From an uncultured archaeon (GTDB taxonomy: Archaea > Asgardarchaeota > Lokiarchaeia > Sigyniarchaeales > SOKP01), in the NCBI GenBank assembly GCA_964486045.1, contig CAZALK010000001.1:328242-392241 (forward strand): a stretch of 64,000 nt of DNA. The letters run 5' to 3'. The translations under genes were made by a program, and so were the position numbers. Of the stretch, positions 39,664-49,565 are shown piece by piece (the stretch's first letter is position 1; the number at the start of each line of letters is the position of its first letter). The notes beneath the pieces were generated by a model. That model ran no database searches. It was not told where the DNA came from and worked only from the letters and a program-made list of their open reading frames with translations.

Positions 39664-40308
39664 TTATTTGGTTAAGTACTCCTGGAGATTTCTTAAAAAC
39701 TCTAAAACAGCATTAGCAACTTGTTCTTCATAATTTCCATAAAAATGATCCGCACCTTCTATTATCTTCTTTTTTTTTGGATCTAAGTAATAATCAAAAT
39801 TTTCCTGAAAATTTCCATAATGAGCAACATTATCTTTGTCTCCTTGAATAAATAGCTTAGGTTTAGATGTTTGAGAAAGCTCCTTGTATTTTGATCCTAT
39901 AAAACCCCATGGAAAAGAGATAGAAATATAACCCCCAATCTGATCTGAATGTCCAACAGCCGAACACCCAATTACTGCTCCATATGAATATCCACATAAG
40001 AAAATCTTCTTATATTTTCTCTCATTTATTAAAAAGTCAATGCATGCATGAACATCACTTAATTCCCCAGTTCCATTTGAATGAGATCCTGTAGATCTCC
40101 CAACACCCCTAAAATTAAACCTGATACAAGAAATATTATGACTTACTAACTTATTAAATACTCCAGAAACGACGTTGTTAAACATGTTACCTCCATATTG
40201 GGGATGAGGATGGCAAATTAAAACAGAAACGTTCTCAGTACCAAATTTTGATAGAAATAATTCGGCTTCCAGTTTAATATCATTATTCGTTATGAATATT
40301 CTCTCCAT
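39664..40308 (-). CDS. Alpha/beta hydrolase
   Basis: HPHPQYGG, RFNFRGVG, GYSYG nucleophile elbow, QGDKD, GADHF. Confidence 0.9.
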   Translation of the reverse strand: MERIFITNNDIKLEAELFLSKFGTENVSVLICHPHPQYGGNMFNNVVSGVFNKLVSHNISCIRFNFRGVGRSTGSHSNGTGELSDVHACIDFLINERKYKKIFLCGYSYGAVIGCSAVGHSDQIGGYISISFPWGFIGSKYKELSQTSKPKLFIQGDKDNVAHYGNFQENFDYYLDPKKKKIIEGADHFYGNYEEQVANAVLEFLRNLQEYLTK

Positions 40309-40363
40309 AGTTTAAATTAATTTTTTACTTATAATAATTATACTAAAAATCGTTGTGCGAAAT

Positions 40364-41221
40364 ATGAGTTATTATAATAGATTTATCATTCAAAGAAAAC
40401 TTAAAGGATTTATTGAAGAGGATTGCAATTTTGCAGATATTTCTTCGATTTCAATTCCATCAAATACTGAAATAACTGCCAAAATCTTTGCTAAAAGTGC
40501 AGGTTATGTCTCAGGTTTAGAAGAATTAGAGATCATTTTTGAGTTGTTAGATGTTTCCACAGATTTAAAGAAAATTGATGGTGATGCTTTTCAAAAAGAA
40601 GATATTATTGCCGTATTAAAAGGAGACGCTAAAAGTATATTGTTAGGAGAGAGATTATGCCTTAATCTCATAACACATATGAGCGCGATAACTTCAACAA
40701 CAAGAAAATTTGTCGAATTAATAAAGTATTCCGGAAAAAATGTAAAAATTGCCTGTACTCGCAAAACGACTCCGGGACTAAGAATTTTTGAAAAAAAAGC
40801 TGTGGAATTAGGTCAAGGTGACACACACAGATTTTCTTTAGACGATATGGTTTTGTTAAAAGATACACATCTTCGATACTATAATGGAGATATTGAAAAA
40901 CTTTTAGCCGATGTTAAGAAAAAAGTTAGTTTTTCAAAGAAAATTGAAATAGAAGTAGAAAAAGTTGAAGATGTCCTTATTGCTGCAAAGAACGGGGCTG
41001 ATATCATAATGTTGGATAATTTTAGTCCTGATGGGGTTGAAGACTGTATAAATTTATTAAAAGAGCATAATTTCAGAGATAAAATAATAATTGAGGTTTC
41101 TGGTGGGGTCAATTTAAAGAATATTGTAGACTATTTAATATCTGAACCTGATGTGATAAGTTCAGGTCAATTAACAAAATTTCCAACAGAACAGGTAGAT
41201 TTTTCCCTTAGATTTGATTAA
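40364..41221 (+). CDS. nadC: Nicotinate-nucleotide diphosphorylase (quinolinate phosphoribosyltransferase)
   Basis: TRKTTPGLR, HRFSLDD, KDTH, EIEV, IMLDN, EVSGG. ORF track starts at 40355. Confidence 0.95.
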   Translation: MSYYNRFIIQRKLKGFIEEDCNFADISSISIPSNTEITAKIFAKSAGYVSGLEELEIIFELLDVSTDLKKIDGDAFQKEDIIAVLKGDAKSILLGERLCLNLITHMSAITSTTRKFVELIKYSGKNVKIACTRKTTPGLRIFEKKAVELGQGDTHRFSLDDMVLLKDTHLRYYNGDIEKLLADVKKKVSFSKKIEIEVEKVEDVLIAAKNGADIIMLDNFSPDGVEDCINLLKEHNFRDKIIIEVSGGVNLKNIVDYLISEPDVISSGQLTKFPTEQVDFSLRFD

Positions 41222-41228
41222 CATTGAG

Positions 41229-41621
41229 CTAATCTATTACCATCTCACGGATGGAACAGATTACATCTCTAATTTTAGCTAATTCTTTATATAGATCCCT
41301 GATCGTCTCAATTTCTCCAACTACCAAAATAATTTCAATTTTTTTTTCCGCTATTCGCCAATCTGTTATCGTCTTAATGATGCGATGAAATCGTGAGTAG
41401 GAGTCAGAGATCTGATCAATAGTGATATCCTTAAACGGATAGACGAGATTAATGGTCATTATTTTATATCCTTCTAAATTCTCAAATTTCTCATTTTTTT
41501 CAATAAAACTTACAATAGAGTCTCTTAATGCTTCACTTTTTGAGCTGAAACCACTTTTATTCCGAATCCTATCGAATCTTTCTAATAAATCGTCACTTAC
41601 TTGTAGAGATATTATTGGCAT
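41229..41621 (-). CDS. NikR/CopG-like ribbon-helix-helix regulator
   Basis: IISLQVSDDLLERFD...GFSSKSEALRD plus an ACT-like C-domain. The NikR His/Cys nickel ligands are not evident. Confidence 0.82.
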   Translation of the reverse strand: MPIISLQVSDDLLERFDRIRNKSGFSSKSEALRDSIVSFIEKNEKFENLEGYKIMTINLVYPFKDITIDQISDSYSRFHRIIKTITDWRIAEKKIEIILVVGEIETIRDLYKELAKIRDVICSIREMVID

Positions 41622-41689
41622 TATAAAATCAACTAAGAATTCGTATAAGATAAATTTTTACAACTATCTAATATATGTTAGCTTAATCA

Positions 41690-42004
41690 TTAGAGAAATT
41701 TATTTAAAAATCTGAGACCATTTTCTAAATCCTTAGTGGTTAATAATTCAATTATTTATGATCCTTTATAGTTGTACGACTTAATAAGATCAAAAATTTT
41801 GCGAAAATTGAATTTTCCCTTTCCAAGTGGTTGGTACTTATCCGAAATTTTACTGGAATTATCAACCATGTGTCCAGGATGGATTGTGAGCAGGTCACTA
41901 CCCATTTTCCTACAGAATTATGCTGCTTTCGATCATGATTCTACTGATGTATTAGATAGTCCTCGTCCTATAATTTATCCAAGAGAACTAATAACTATCT
42001 CCAT
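41690..42004 (-). pseudogene. Collapsed pseudogene of a sugar-phosphate isomerase/epimerase (xylose-isomerase-like TIM barrel)
   Basis: GGTGA RBS and ATG at 42004. One frame reads MEIVISSLG*...FCRKMGSDLLTIHPGH-MVDN...DKYQPLGKGKFNFRKIFDLIKSYNYKGS*IIEL...FL*, with 4 internal stops and only 105 codons. Confidence 0.7.
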
Positions 42005-42022
42005 TTATGTCACCAATTAAAA

Positions 42023-42700
42023 TTATTTACTTTTTTTACTACGTGGATAATTTGCAAATAAACTATCGTGTAATTTTTTAAATCTCTTTAGATGTATCTC
42101 TGATATAATTGTTGGTTCTCCGACTTGAAGGGCACCCCAATATATTTTTGCCAACTTTTCTACTAATTCAGCAAATTTTATTGCGTGATTCATTGACTTT
42201 CCACAAACTATAACCCCATGATTAGTCAATAAAGCCGCGTTTTTTCTATCTAAAGTTTTAAGAGCTACACTTCCTATTTCCTCTGTATGAGCTTTTCCAA
42301 AATCTGAGACTTCAATGGATCCTCCTAAAAAAATATACATCTCTTCCATAATGACAGGAATATTTCTTTGAGCAATCGAGAGCATAGTTGCTTAAGGAGA
42401 ATGTGTGTGAATTACTGCTTGAGCTTTTGGTCGAGAATTATAAATTGCGATATGCATTTTTGTTTCAGTTGAAGGTAATTTTCCAACACTTAATGGGATA
42501 CCATCAAAATTCATAAGAACAATTTCCTCTTTCTTAAGAGTTGAATATTGGTTAAATGAAGGTGTGATAAACAGTTCCTCTTTTTTCCCATTCCGTATAC
42601 TTACATTTCCTTCCCCAACCTCTACTAATCCCTTTGAAAAAATTGCTTTTGCTCCCCCAACTACTTCTATTCGAAGCTTATCTTCTCTAGTTAGAGACAT
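42023..42700 (-). pseudogene. Class II aldolase/adducin-family gene broken by one in-frame TAA
   Basis: GNVSIR, ITPS, PSTETKMH, HTHSP*ATMLS (TAA at 42392-42394 where Tyr is expected), NHG. Both halves are in the same frame. Confidence 0.82.
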
Positions 42701-42867
42701 AAATTAAATAATTGAGACTGGGTTAAAAATATATTTCGAATTTATAAAAAAGAATTAAGTTTTGATAAGATACTATTTAAAAATTCAAAATGGTCTATTT
42801 TTTTAAATAAATTCAAGTAATATTAAATTTGATGATATAGAATAAGTTCTACATCCCCCAAACTATT

Positions 42868-43956
42868 ATGTCCCGGTTAATTTTGCATTGTGATCTAGAT
42901 TGCTTCTTTGCTGCTGTGGAAATAAGAGACAATCCGCAATATCAAGAAAAACCTGTTATTATTGGTGCAGAGCCAAAAGAAGGAAAAGGACGTGGAGTTG
43001 TTTCGACGTGTTCTTATGAAGCACGAGTTTTTGGTCTTCATTCGGGAATGCCGATATCTCAAGCTTTTCAACGCTGTCCCCATGGAATATACCTTAAACC
43101 AAATTTTAACAAATATAACTTGGCTTCCAAACAAGTTATGGAGATAATTGAGAAATTTTCACAGGATTTTCAACAAGTCGGAAGCGACGAGGCTTATCTC
43201 GATCTTTCAGATAATTGCGTTAATTTCAAGGAAGCAAAAGAGATTGCACAAGAAATCCAGAAGTCAATTAGGAAAGAAGTAGGAATTACAATATCAATAG
43301 GTATTGCTCCTACGAAATCACTAGCGAAAATCGCTTCGGATTATAATAAACCAAATGGTATAACGCTTTTTACACCAGAAAATTTCAGGTCGATGCTTAA
43401 AGATAAAGATATTGTTTGCATCCCTGGTATCGGAAAAAAGACCAAAATTCATTATATTAAAAAGGGGATTAAGACAATAGGGGATATTCTGAATACACCT
43501 TTATCTACTATAATGACATTATTTGGAAAACATGGAAAATGGATTTGGGATGTAGTAAATGGAATAGATAATCGAAAAGTCAAAGAATTTCACGAAGAGA
43601 GAAAATCAATTAGTGCAGAGAGAACTTTCTTAGCAGATACGGAAGATTTTAATATAATTTTATCAAAAATTACTGATATAAACAAAAGAATACATCAAAC
43701 CATAATAAAGCATCAGATAAGCTATAAAACTGTAACATTAAAAATACGATTCGAGGGTTTTCAAACCTTTACTCGCTCTAAAACATTACACTACTGCATT
43801 CAAGATGAAAACAAGGTACTAAAAATTATCTTAGAACTATTTAAAGAGTTTTCTAGTAGTGATAAGAAAGTTAGACTGGTAGGGATTAAGTTATCAAATC
43901 TAAAAAAAAATAATAAACTACGACAAAAAAATATTTTAAATTACACTTTTGTTTAA
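42868..43956 (+). CDS. dinB: DNA polymerase IV (Y family)
   Basis: HCDLDCFFAAVE, SYEAR, SDEAYLD, KIASDYNKPNG; PIP-like QKNILNY. Confidence 0.94.
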   Translation: MSRLILHCDLDCFFAAVEIRDNPQYQEKPVIIGAEPKEGKGRGVVSTCSYEARVFGLHSGMPISQAFQRCPHGIYLKPNFNKYNLASKQVMEIIEKFSQDFQQVGSDEAYLDLSDNCVNFKEAKEIAQEIQKSIRKEVGITISIGIAPTKSLAKIASDYNKPNGITLFTPENFRSMLKDKDIVCIPGIGKKTKIHYIKKGIKTIGDILNTPLSTIMTLFGKHGKWIWDVVNGIDNRKVKEFHEERKSISAERTFLADTEDFNIILSKITDINKRIHQTIIKHQISYKTVTLKIRFEGFQTFTRSKTLHYCIQDENKVLKIILELFKEFSSSDKKVRLVGIKLSNLKKNNKLRQKNILNYTFV

Positions 43957-43974
43957 ATTAAAATCAAAAAATGT

Positions 43975-44736
43975 TTACAATCCGTGTTTTTTCTTAATCC
44001 GTTCGATTAACCATTCTGGCATTATTAATGACATATAGGAAAGTATTATAAATATTGCTCCAAACATCCACGCAATATAAATAAACTCTGAATAACCTGG
44101 ATGATTAAATAGTGTAATTAAGAGAGTATCTGCAATTAACATTATAAAAAGCAATATAAAACTAATCATAGAGTAGAATAATAATGTTAAACCAGTGTAC
44201 ATAACTCTATCTTTAACACCACTTTTCACCTTCTGACATATGATCGCAATATAACTAAATATTAATAATGAAAATATAACAATACTGACGGTTGAGTATA
44301 GTCTAATGTTTAATTCTCCTTCATAATCTGCAGAAGGAACACCCCACCAATTCCAGGGAAGAAAAAGAATTATAATTAATAGTATTCCAATAGTACCGAT
44401 TACTGGATATGCTTTTTTACCTTTATTTGTAATATGACTCGCAAATATAAACAGGAAAACGTCTGCGAGGATTACCATGCAATATGCTAACGGGAGAGAA
44501 ATCCTATATATTTCTCTGTATTCCCCCAAAATTACTGCTTCAGCTAATCCAATTGTTAAAATAATAAGAGCAGAAGTTAAAAAAGAAAAGACTAAAGTTA
44601 GATATAAGGTTGGAGGGGCCTTTCTTTCCCTCCATTTTCTATACATTTTAAGGGTTACTACAGTACCAAATGTGAATACAAAAAAATAATAAATGAATAT
44701 CGGGAATACTCGAAAATCAAAAGAGGTATATGACAT
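43975..44736 (-). CDS. Seven-TM membrane protein of unknown function
   Basis: Seven hydrophobic segments and a C-terminal MPEWL motif. Confidence 0.75.
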   Translation of the reverse strand: MSYTSFDFRVFPIFIYYFFVFTFGTVVTLKMYRKWRERKAPPTLYLTLVFSFLTSALIILTIGLAEAVILGEYREIYRISLPLAYCMVILADVFLFIFASHITNKGKKAYPVIGTIGILLIIILFLPWNWWGVPSADYEGELNIRLYSTVSIVIFSLLIFSYIAIICQKVKSGVKDRVMYTGLTLLFYSMISFILLFIMLIADTLLITLFNHPGYSEFIYIAWMFGAIFIILSYMSLIMPEWLIERIKKKHGL

Positions 44737-44911
44737 TATTCAAACTAAAAAATTCTTACTTGAAAATTTTATAAGAAAATATGTATATAACATTTTTCAT
44801 TTGGAAAACTAGAAGGTAATATCCTTATTAGTTTGACATATACATTTATAGTTATAATTTATTAAATATTTGTGGTAAAAGTAAAGTTCTACAACATAAA
44901 GCATCCTTGAA

Positions 44912-45325
44912 ATGGTAAAACTCATACAAGATATATGGATTTTAGCGGAAAGTGGAGTAGTTGTATTCCATCGTGTTTATGATGAACATCTGGATGCACA
45001 ACTATTTGGTGGCCTAATGACTGCATTAAACTCATTTGCCGAAAGACTTTCGAAAGGAGGATTAACAAATTTTGAATTAAATTCTAAGCGATTTAGTGTA
45101 ATAAAGAGAAGGAAGTTTCTTTTTGTCGCTAATTCTTCAAAAAGTTTTAAGATAAAAAAAGTAATTCAAGAATTACAATCAATTGCGGATAGATTCTTTG
45201 AAATATATCCTGAGGATGTTTTGTTTAATTTCGATGGAGATATTAAACGATTCCTTGATTTTGAAAATGAAATCGAAAATTCATTAGAAGAGACTATAAG
45301 GAAATTTCAAAAAGCATTTTGGTAG
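44912..45325 (+). CDS. Longin/roadblock-like small alpha-beta domain protein
   Basis: IWILAESGVVVFHR...DAQLFGGLMTALNSFA...F.DF pattern typical of Asgard longin-like proteins. Confidence 0.72.
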   Translation: MVKLIQDIWILAESGVVVFHRVYDEHLDAQLFGGLMTALNSFAERLSKGGLTNFELNSKRFSVIKRRKFLFVANSSKSFKIKKVIQELQSIADRFFEIYPEDVLFNFDGDIKRFLDFENEIENSLEETIRKFQKAFW

Positions 45326-45443
45326 ACAAACTAAATCTGGCACCAATTTTTCAGAGAAGGATATTCCTTATTATTGATTTTATTTCAAATAAATAGTTTT
45401 CTAATGAATTTGATAGACTACTCGAGAACTCAAGTTTGCTAGA

Positions 45444-45760
45444 TTAATTTATTAATATCGACTCAAGATTAAATTCTTTTAAAAACCATATCAACTTGTA
45501 TATTTCAATTTTTTTCTTAAACTCTTTATCAATATTATAATACTTCGAACATGCTCTACAAAAAGCATCATCATATGAGAAACTGTTTAAAGGCTTTAGA
45601 ATTAAATAATCTATTTTGATAAAATCTTGTGCTCTACTTCCAATACACCAGTTATCAAAATCAATTAATCCATTAAGGTTTAAGACACCTCGATCTTCTT
45701 TTACAATAACATTTTGACTATTAAAATCATTCTGTAACAAAACAAATTCATCTTCGTCTT
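45444..45760 (-). pseudogene. C-terminal remnant of an aminoglycoside/choline-kinase-like phosphotransferase
   Basis: FVLLQNDFNSQNVIV (degenerate HxDxxxxN) and GLIDFD...G...QDF. The N-lobe is missing, and a GGTGA RBS-like motif abuts the fragment. Confidence 0.65.
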
Positions 45761-45862
45761 CTCACCTATTAAATTTAAATAAATTCTTTGGACATTTCAG
45801 AAAATCCATAGAAAAAATTTTCATAAACAATTGGAGGAATAGAAATTAAGAAGTAAAAAGGA

Positions 45863-47545
45863 TTAAATCTTTTTAGATTCTTTAAATATTTCAAAGATCT
45901 CTGTTTCATAATCTATAGTATCATCCGGCAACAGATTTGGATCTTTAACAAGTTTAGTTAAATAATAAATTTTCGCCCCACGCTCAAGGTATTGTAAAAC
46001 TGTATAGGCACCCTCTAAATGGCTTCCACAACATAAATTGCCATGATTTGCTAGTAAAACAGCATTTCTTTCTTCTAAATTTTTGAGAACTGCTCCTGCT
46101 AATTCTTCTGTTCCTGCTTCACCATACTCAGCACATTTTACTTCACCACCTATATATGGGACTAATTCTTCTATTATTGGGGGGAGTGAAAGTTTTAATG
46201 CACTGAGGACACTTGAATAAATACTATGTGCATGAATAATCGCATTTATATCAATTCTTTCTTTATAAACGGCTAGATGCATTTGTTTTTCTACTGAAGG
46301 ATTCCTATTACCTTCGATGACTTTTCCTTCCATATTAATGAGAAGGATATCTTTTGGTTTCATGTTTTCATATTTAATATTACTAGGTGTTATGAGAACG
46401 AACTCTTTTTCATTGGTTTTTACTCTTACACTTACATTTCCAGCAGAACCTATCACATGACCCTCTATTAATAAATTATTGCAAAGATCGACAATATTCC
46501 TTTTCAATTTATTTATTTTAGCGCTCGTGACAACAATTTTTTCAGTAAGTAGCTCTGGATTCATAATATGCTTAGGAATCTTCTTGTCTAACCATAACTT
46601 GATATCTTTTAAAAGCATGTTTGATTGACGTATAATTATTTCAAAAGTATCTCCACCGATATGGGGGGAGACAATCGCATTGTCAAATTTTAAAAATTCA
46701 TTATCCTCATCAATAGGTTCTAGTGGAAAGACATCTAAAGCAGCCCCAGCAATCTTTTTCTCTTCTAAAGCTTTCTTTAAAGATTTATAATCTACTAAAC
46801 TCCCTTTAGCAGTATTTATTAAGAAGGCGTTCTTTTTCATTAAGTTAATGCGGTTTTCATTGATTAGATTATCGTTCTCGTCAGTGGCGGATGCATGAAT
46901 AGTTATAAAATCTGAATTCCTAACGAGAAAATCAATCTCAACAGTATCACCATATTCCTTGGTAATACCATGCGAAACATAGGGATCATAAATAAGATAT
47001 TCTACACCAAATGGTCTTAATCGAGCTGCTACTCTTCTTCCTATTTGCCCAAAACCTATAATTCCAACTTTTTTTCCTCCCAATTCCGTACCTGTGAAGT
47101 TTTCGAAGTACTTTATCCAATCTTCAAAATCTACTACTTCAAAACTTTCAGAATGAAGAATTCTATCTAGTTTATGTATTTTACGAGCAAGCATTAAAAT
47201 ATAGCAAACAGTTAAATCTGCAACTGCATCAACATTTCTTAATGGGGTATTTAAGACAAGAACTCCTTTTTTGGTTGCCGCTTTAAGATTAACATTGAAT
47301 GGATCTCCTCGACATGAAATAAGTAATTTTAGATTAGTAAGCTCAAAAAATTCTTTTTTTTTAACGTCATCTACCTCAGTAATAAAAATATCAACGCCCT
47401 CTAGCTTTTCGGCTAGTTCTATAGCGTCAAAATATATTTCTCCTGTTTTTGTCCATGGCTCATAAACAACATCCATTATATTGTTTAATTCATTTAAAGC
47501 CTCTGGTGTCAATACAGCTGTAATAAGAGCTTTCATAAACCTCAC
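45863..47545 (-). CDS. D-2-hydroxyacid dehydrogenase-family domain fused to a class II aldolase domain
   Basis: GIIGFGQIG, INTAKG, AALDVF, SPHIGG, then GSAGNVS, ITPS, PSVEKQMH, HAHS, NHG. Confidence 0.9.
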   Translation of the reverse strand: MRFMKALITAVLTPEALNELNNIMDVVYEPWTKTGEIYFDAIELAEKLEGVDIFITEVDDVKKKEFFELTNLKLLISCRGDPFNVNLKAATKKGVLVLNTPLRNVDAVADLTVCYILMLARKIHKLDRILHSESFEVVDFEDWIKYFENFTGTELGGKKVGIIGFGQIGRRVAARLRPFGVEYLIYDPYVSHGITKEYGDTVEIDFLVRNSDFITIHASATDENDNLINENRINLMKKNAFLINTAKGSLVDYKSLKKALEEKKIAGAALDVFPLEPIDEDNEFLKFDNAIVSPHIGGDTFEIIIRQSNMLLKDIKLWLDKKIPKHIMNPELLTEKIVVTSAKINKLKRNIVDLCNNLLIEGHVIGSAGNVSVRVKTNEKEFVLITPSNIKYENMKPKDILLINMEGKVIEGNRNPSVEKQMHLAVYKERIDINAIIHAHSIYSSVLSALKLSLPPIIEELVPYIGGEVKCAEYGEAGTEELAGAVLKNLEERNAVLLANHGNLCCGSHLEGAYTVLQYLERGAKIYYLTKLVKDPNLLPDDTIDYETEIFEIFKESKKI

Positions 47546-47581
47546 TTAATATACTAATTTTACTATTAAATTAATTAATGC

Positions 47582-47932
47582 TTAGAATAACAAACTTTTT
47601 AGTCTGACTAAATTACGTATCTTACCTTCTACAACTTTTATTTGACCAGAGCTATATGCTTTTACAGCGCCAATATCTTTATTAAACAAATCTAAAAGAG
47701 TCTTTTCAGATATAAAATCAATTTTAACTGGTGCTGTATCATCCCCAGTATTATCTTTTACTTCAATTCCATGGTCTCCGTTGACTAATATCAATATCTT
47801 CCGTCCAGTATCTAAAAAATATAGTTGAATTGGGTCGTTGTAATTTGCTAGTTTTTTTCTTATTTTTTCGGTGTTATTATATCGTTCTTCAATGTCTTTT
47901 AAACAACTTGAAATATCTTCAAAAATTGACAT
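47582..47932 (-). CDS. SCP2 sterol/lipid-carrier domain protein
   Basis: LLDLFNKDIGAVKAYSSGQIKVVEG...L pattern, 116 aa. Confidence 0.75.
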   Translation of the reverse strand: MSIFEDISSCLKDIEERYNNTEKIRKKLANYNDPIQLYFLDTGRKILILVNGDHGIEVKDNTGDDTAPVKIDFISEKTLLDLFNKDIGAVKAYSSGQIKVVEGKIRNLVRLKSLLF

Positions 47933-47987
47933 TTTTTTTACACTCCTATTTTACTATGGGTATATATGTGATAAAGTTCAACGAGAT

Positions 47988-49493
47988 TTAAAGATCATCA
48001 ATTTTGTTTTTTAGATGCTTCCATTGTTTAAAAATGCCTCTATATTCTTCGGAAGCTGAGGGATCAACATAATATTTCTCAAATTGCATGAGTTCATCAA
48101 TGATTCTTTTGTAATCGGGATATAGTTTTAATCCTAATAATGTATTTATTGCACAACCAGTAAAAGCTGAATCGAGTATATGGGGTACCTTTAAATCTTT
48201 GCCTAATATATTTGTTAAGATTTTACAAAATTCCTTTGATTTTGACATACCCCCAGAACAGAAAGCCACAATTTCTGATTGGGTAAAACCTTGCAATGCT
48301 TGAAAGTTTTCAAGAATTCCAAAACAAATCCCTTCGATTGTAGATCGAGCAAAGTTTTCTAATTTTGGAAACTCCTCCCCAATCATACTAGGGGGTTGAA
48401 AAATGAAGACACCTCTTTTTATTGATGTTTGATCTTTTACAGCCATGAGTTCTGGACCAAGGTAGGCGTAGGTAGAATTTGCTCCAGGTTCAACACGATT
48501 TAATAATTCATCCATAATTTCATTTACATCCTTCTCAGAAGCTGAAATGAAAGTATCCTTGAACCAATCATAAGCTTTTCCCGTCCCTCCAGAATTTGCT
48601 TCAATTAACCATTTGTCATTAACTGCATGACACTCTGTCCAAAAGTTCAGGTTTTGATCAATTATAGGTTTATTCACAACTAAATGAACTGGTGCAGTAG
48701 TTCCTAATGTAATTCCTATATTTCCATTCTCAATTGCACCCATACCTAATAAGTTAGCTTGTGTATCTCCACTTCCTTTTATTACAGGAATTAAGTTTTG
48801 GTTTATGCCGGTTTCTTTCATTAAATCAGGTTTTAATTCTCCTATAACTGTACCAGAGTTAACAATTTTGGGGAGAAGTTCAGGATTTATGTTGAAACTC
48901 TCAATAATTTCAAAACTCCATTTTTTATGCTTAATATCAAAAAGATGAGACTCTCCGATAGAAGAATAATCTGTGTAATACCCTCCAGTAAGTCTGTATC
49001 CAATCCAGTCATCTAACATTAAAATGTGGCTTATGTTCTCATACTGGTTTCTTTTTTCTTCTTTAAACCACAATAAACGTGCTAGTGTAAACATTAAAGA
49101 TGGACTATGGGCGGTTATTCTAAACATTTCGTTTTCAGGAAATCTATCTTCGATAAGATAGGCGGAATCGATACCTCTCATATCTGTGTTAGGGCCACCG
49201 TATATCTCTTTTCCATGTGCATCTAGAAAAACAGAAGCTATTCTTTGTCCACATGAAGAAATTCCTACAATTTCTTTTGGTTTATCTTTGTTTACTACTT
49301 GCTTTATTCCTGTTTTAATTATATCCCAAATTTCATTCATATTCAAATGCTTAGCAAAGCCATCAATATCCTCATTTATTATACTATAGCCTTGAGAAAA
49401 AACAGATCCTAATTTTAATTTAACAGAAATTAAAGCAACTTTAACATTTTTAGAAGAAATATCAATTGAGAGAATTGCATCCGAACTTCCCAT
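47988..49493 (-). CDS. FGGY-family carbohydrate kinase (divergent)
   Basis: IDISS, SSCGQR, DMRG, GSGDTQ, TLGTT, SGGMSKS. Confidence 0.85.
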   Translation of the reverse strand: MGSSDAILSIDISSKNVKVALISVKLKLGSVFSQGYSIINEDIDGFAKHLNMNEIWDIIKTGIKQVVNKDKPKEIVGISSCGQRIASVFLDAHGKEIYGGPNTDMRGIDSAYLIEDRFPENEMFRITAHSPSLMFTLARLLWFKEEKRNQYENISHILMLDDWIGYRLTGGYYTDYSSIGESHLFDIKHKKWSFEIIESFNINPELLPKIVNSGTVIGELKPDLMKETGINQNLIPVIKGSGDTQANLLGMGAIENGNIGITLGTTAPVHLVVNKPIIDQNLNFWTECHAVNDKWLIEANSGGTGKAYDWFKDTFISASEKDVNEIMDELLNRVEPGANSTYAYLGPELMAVKDQTSIKRGVFIFQPPSMIGEEFPKLENFARSTIEGICFGILENFQALQGFTQSEIVAFCSGGMSKSKEFCKILTNILGKDLKVPHILDSAFTGCAINTLLGLKLYPDYKRIIDELMQFEKYYVDPSASEEYRGIFKQWKHLKNKIDDL

Positions 49494-49565
49494 ATTTAAC
49501 TATTTATATTACTATAATTTATTTTTAAGTTTTAGGAAAAAACCTTGTACTTTTTGAGAAATAGT

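Noticed and set aside
41772-42020. 82-aa plus-strand ORF (also 41452-41715)
   Set aside because: Antisense shadows of the TIM-barrel pseudogene and the NikR-like gene.
42392-42394. Second mRNA intron or recoding site in the class II aldolase
   Set aside because: No extra nucleotides relative to the family motif; it is a single-codon nonsense change (or base-call error) with no BHB structure.
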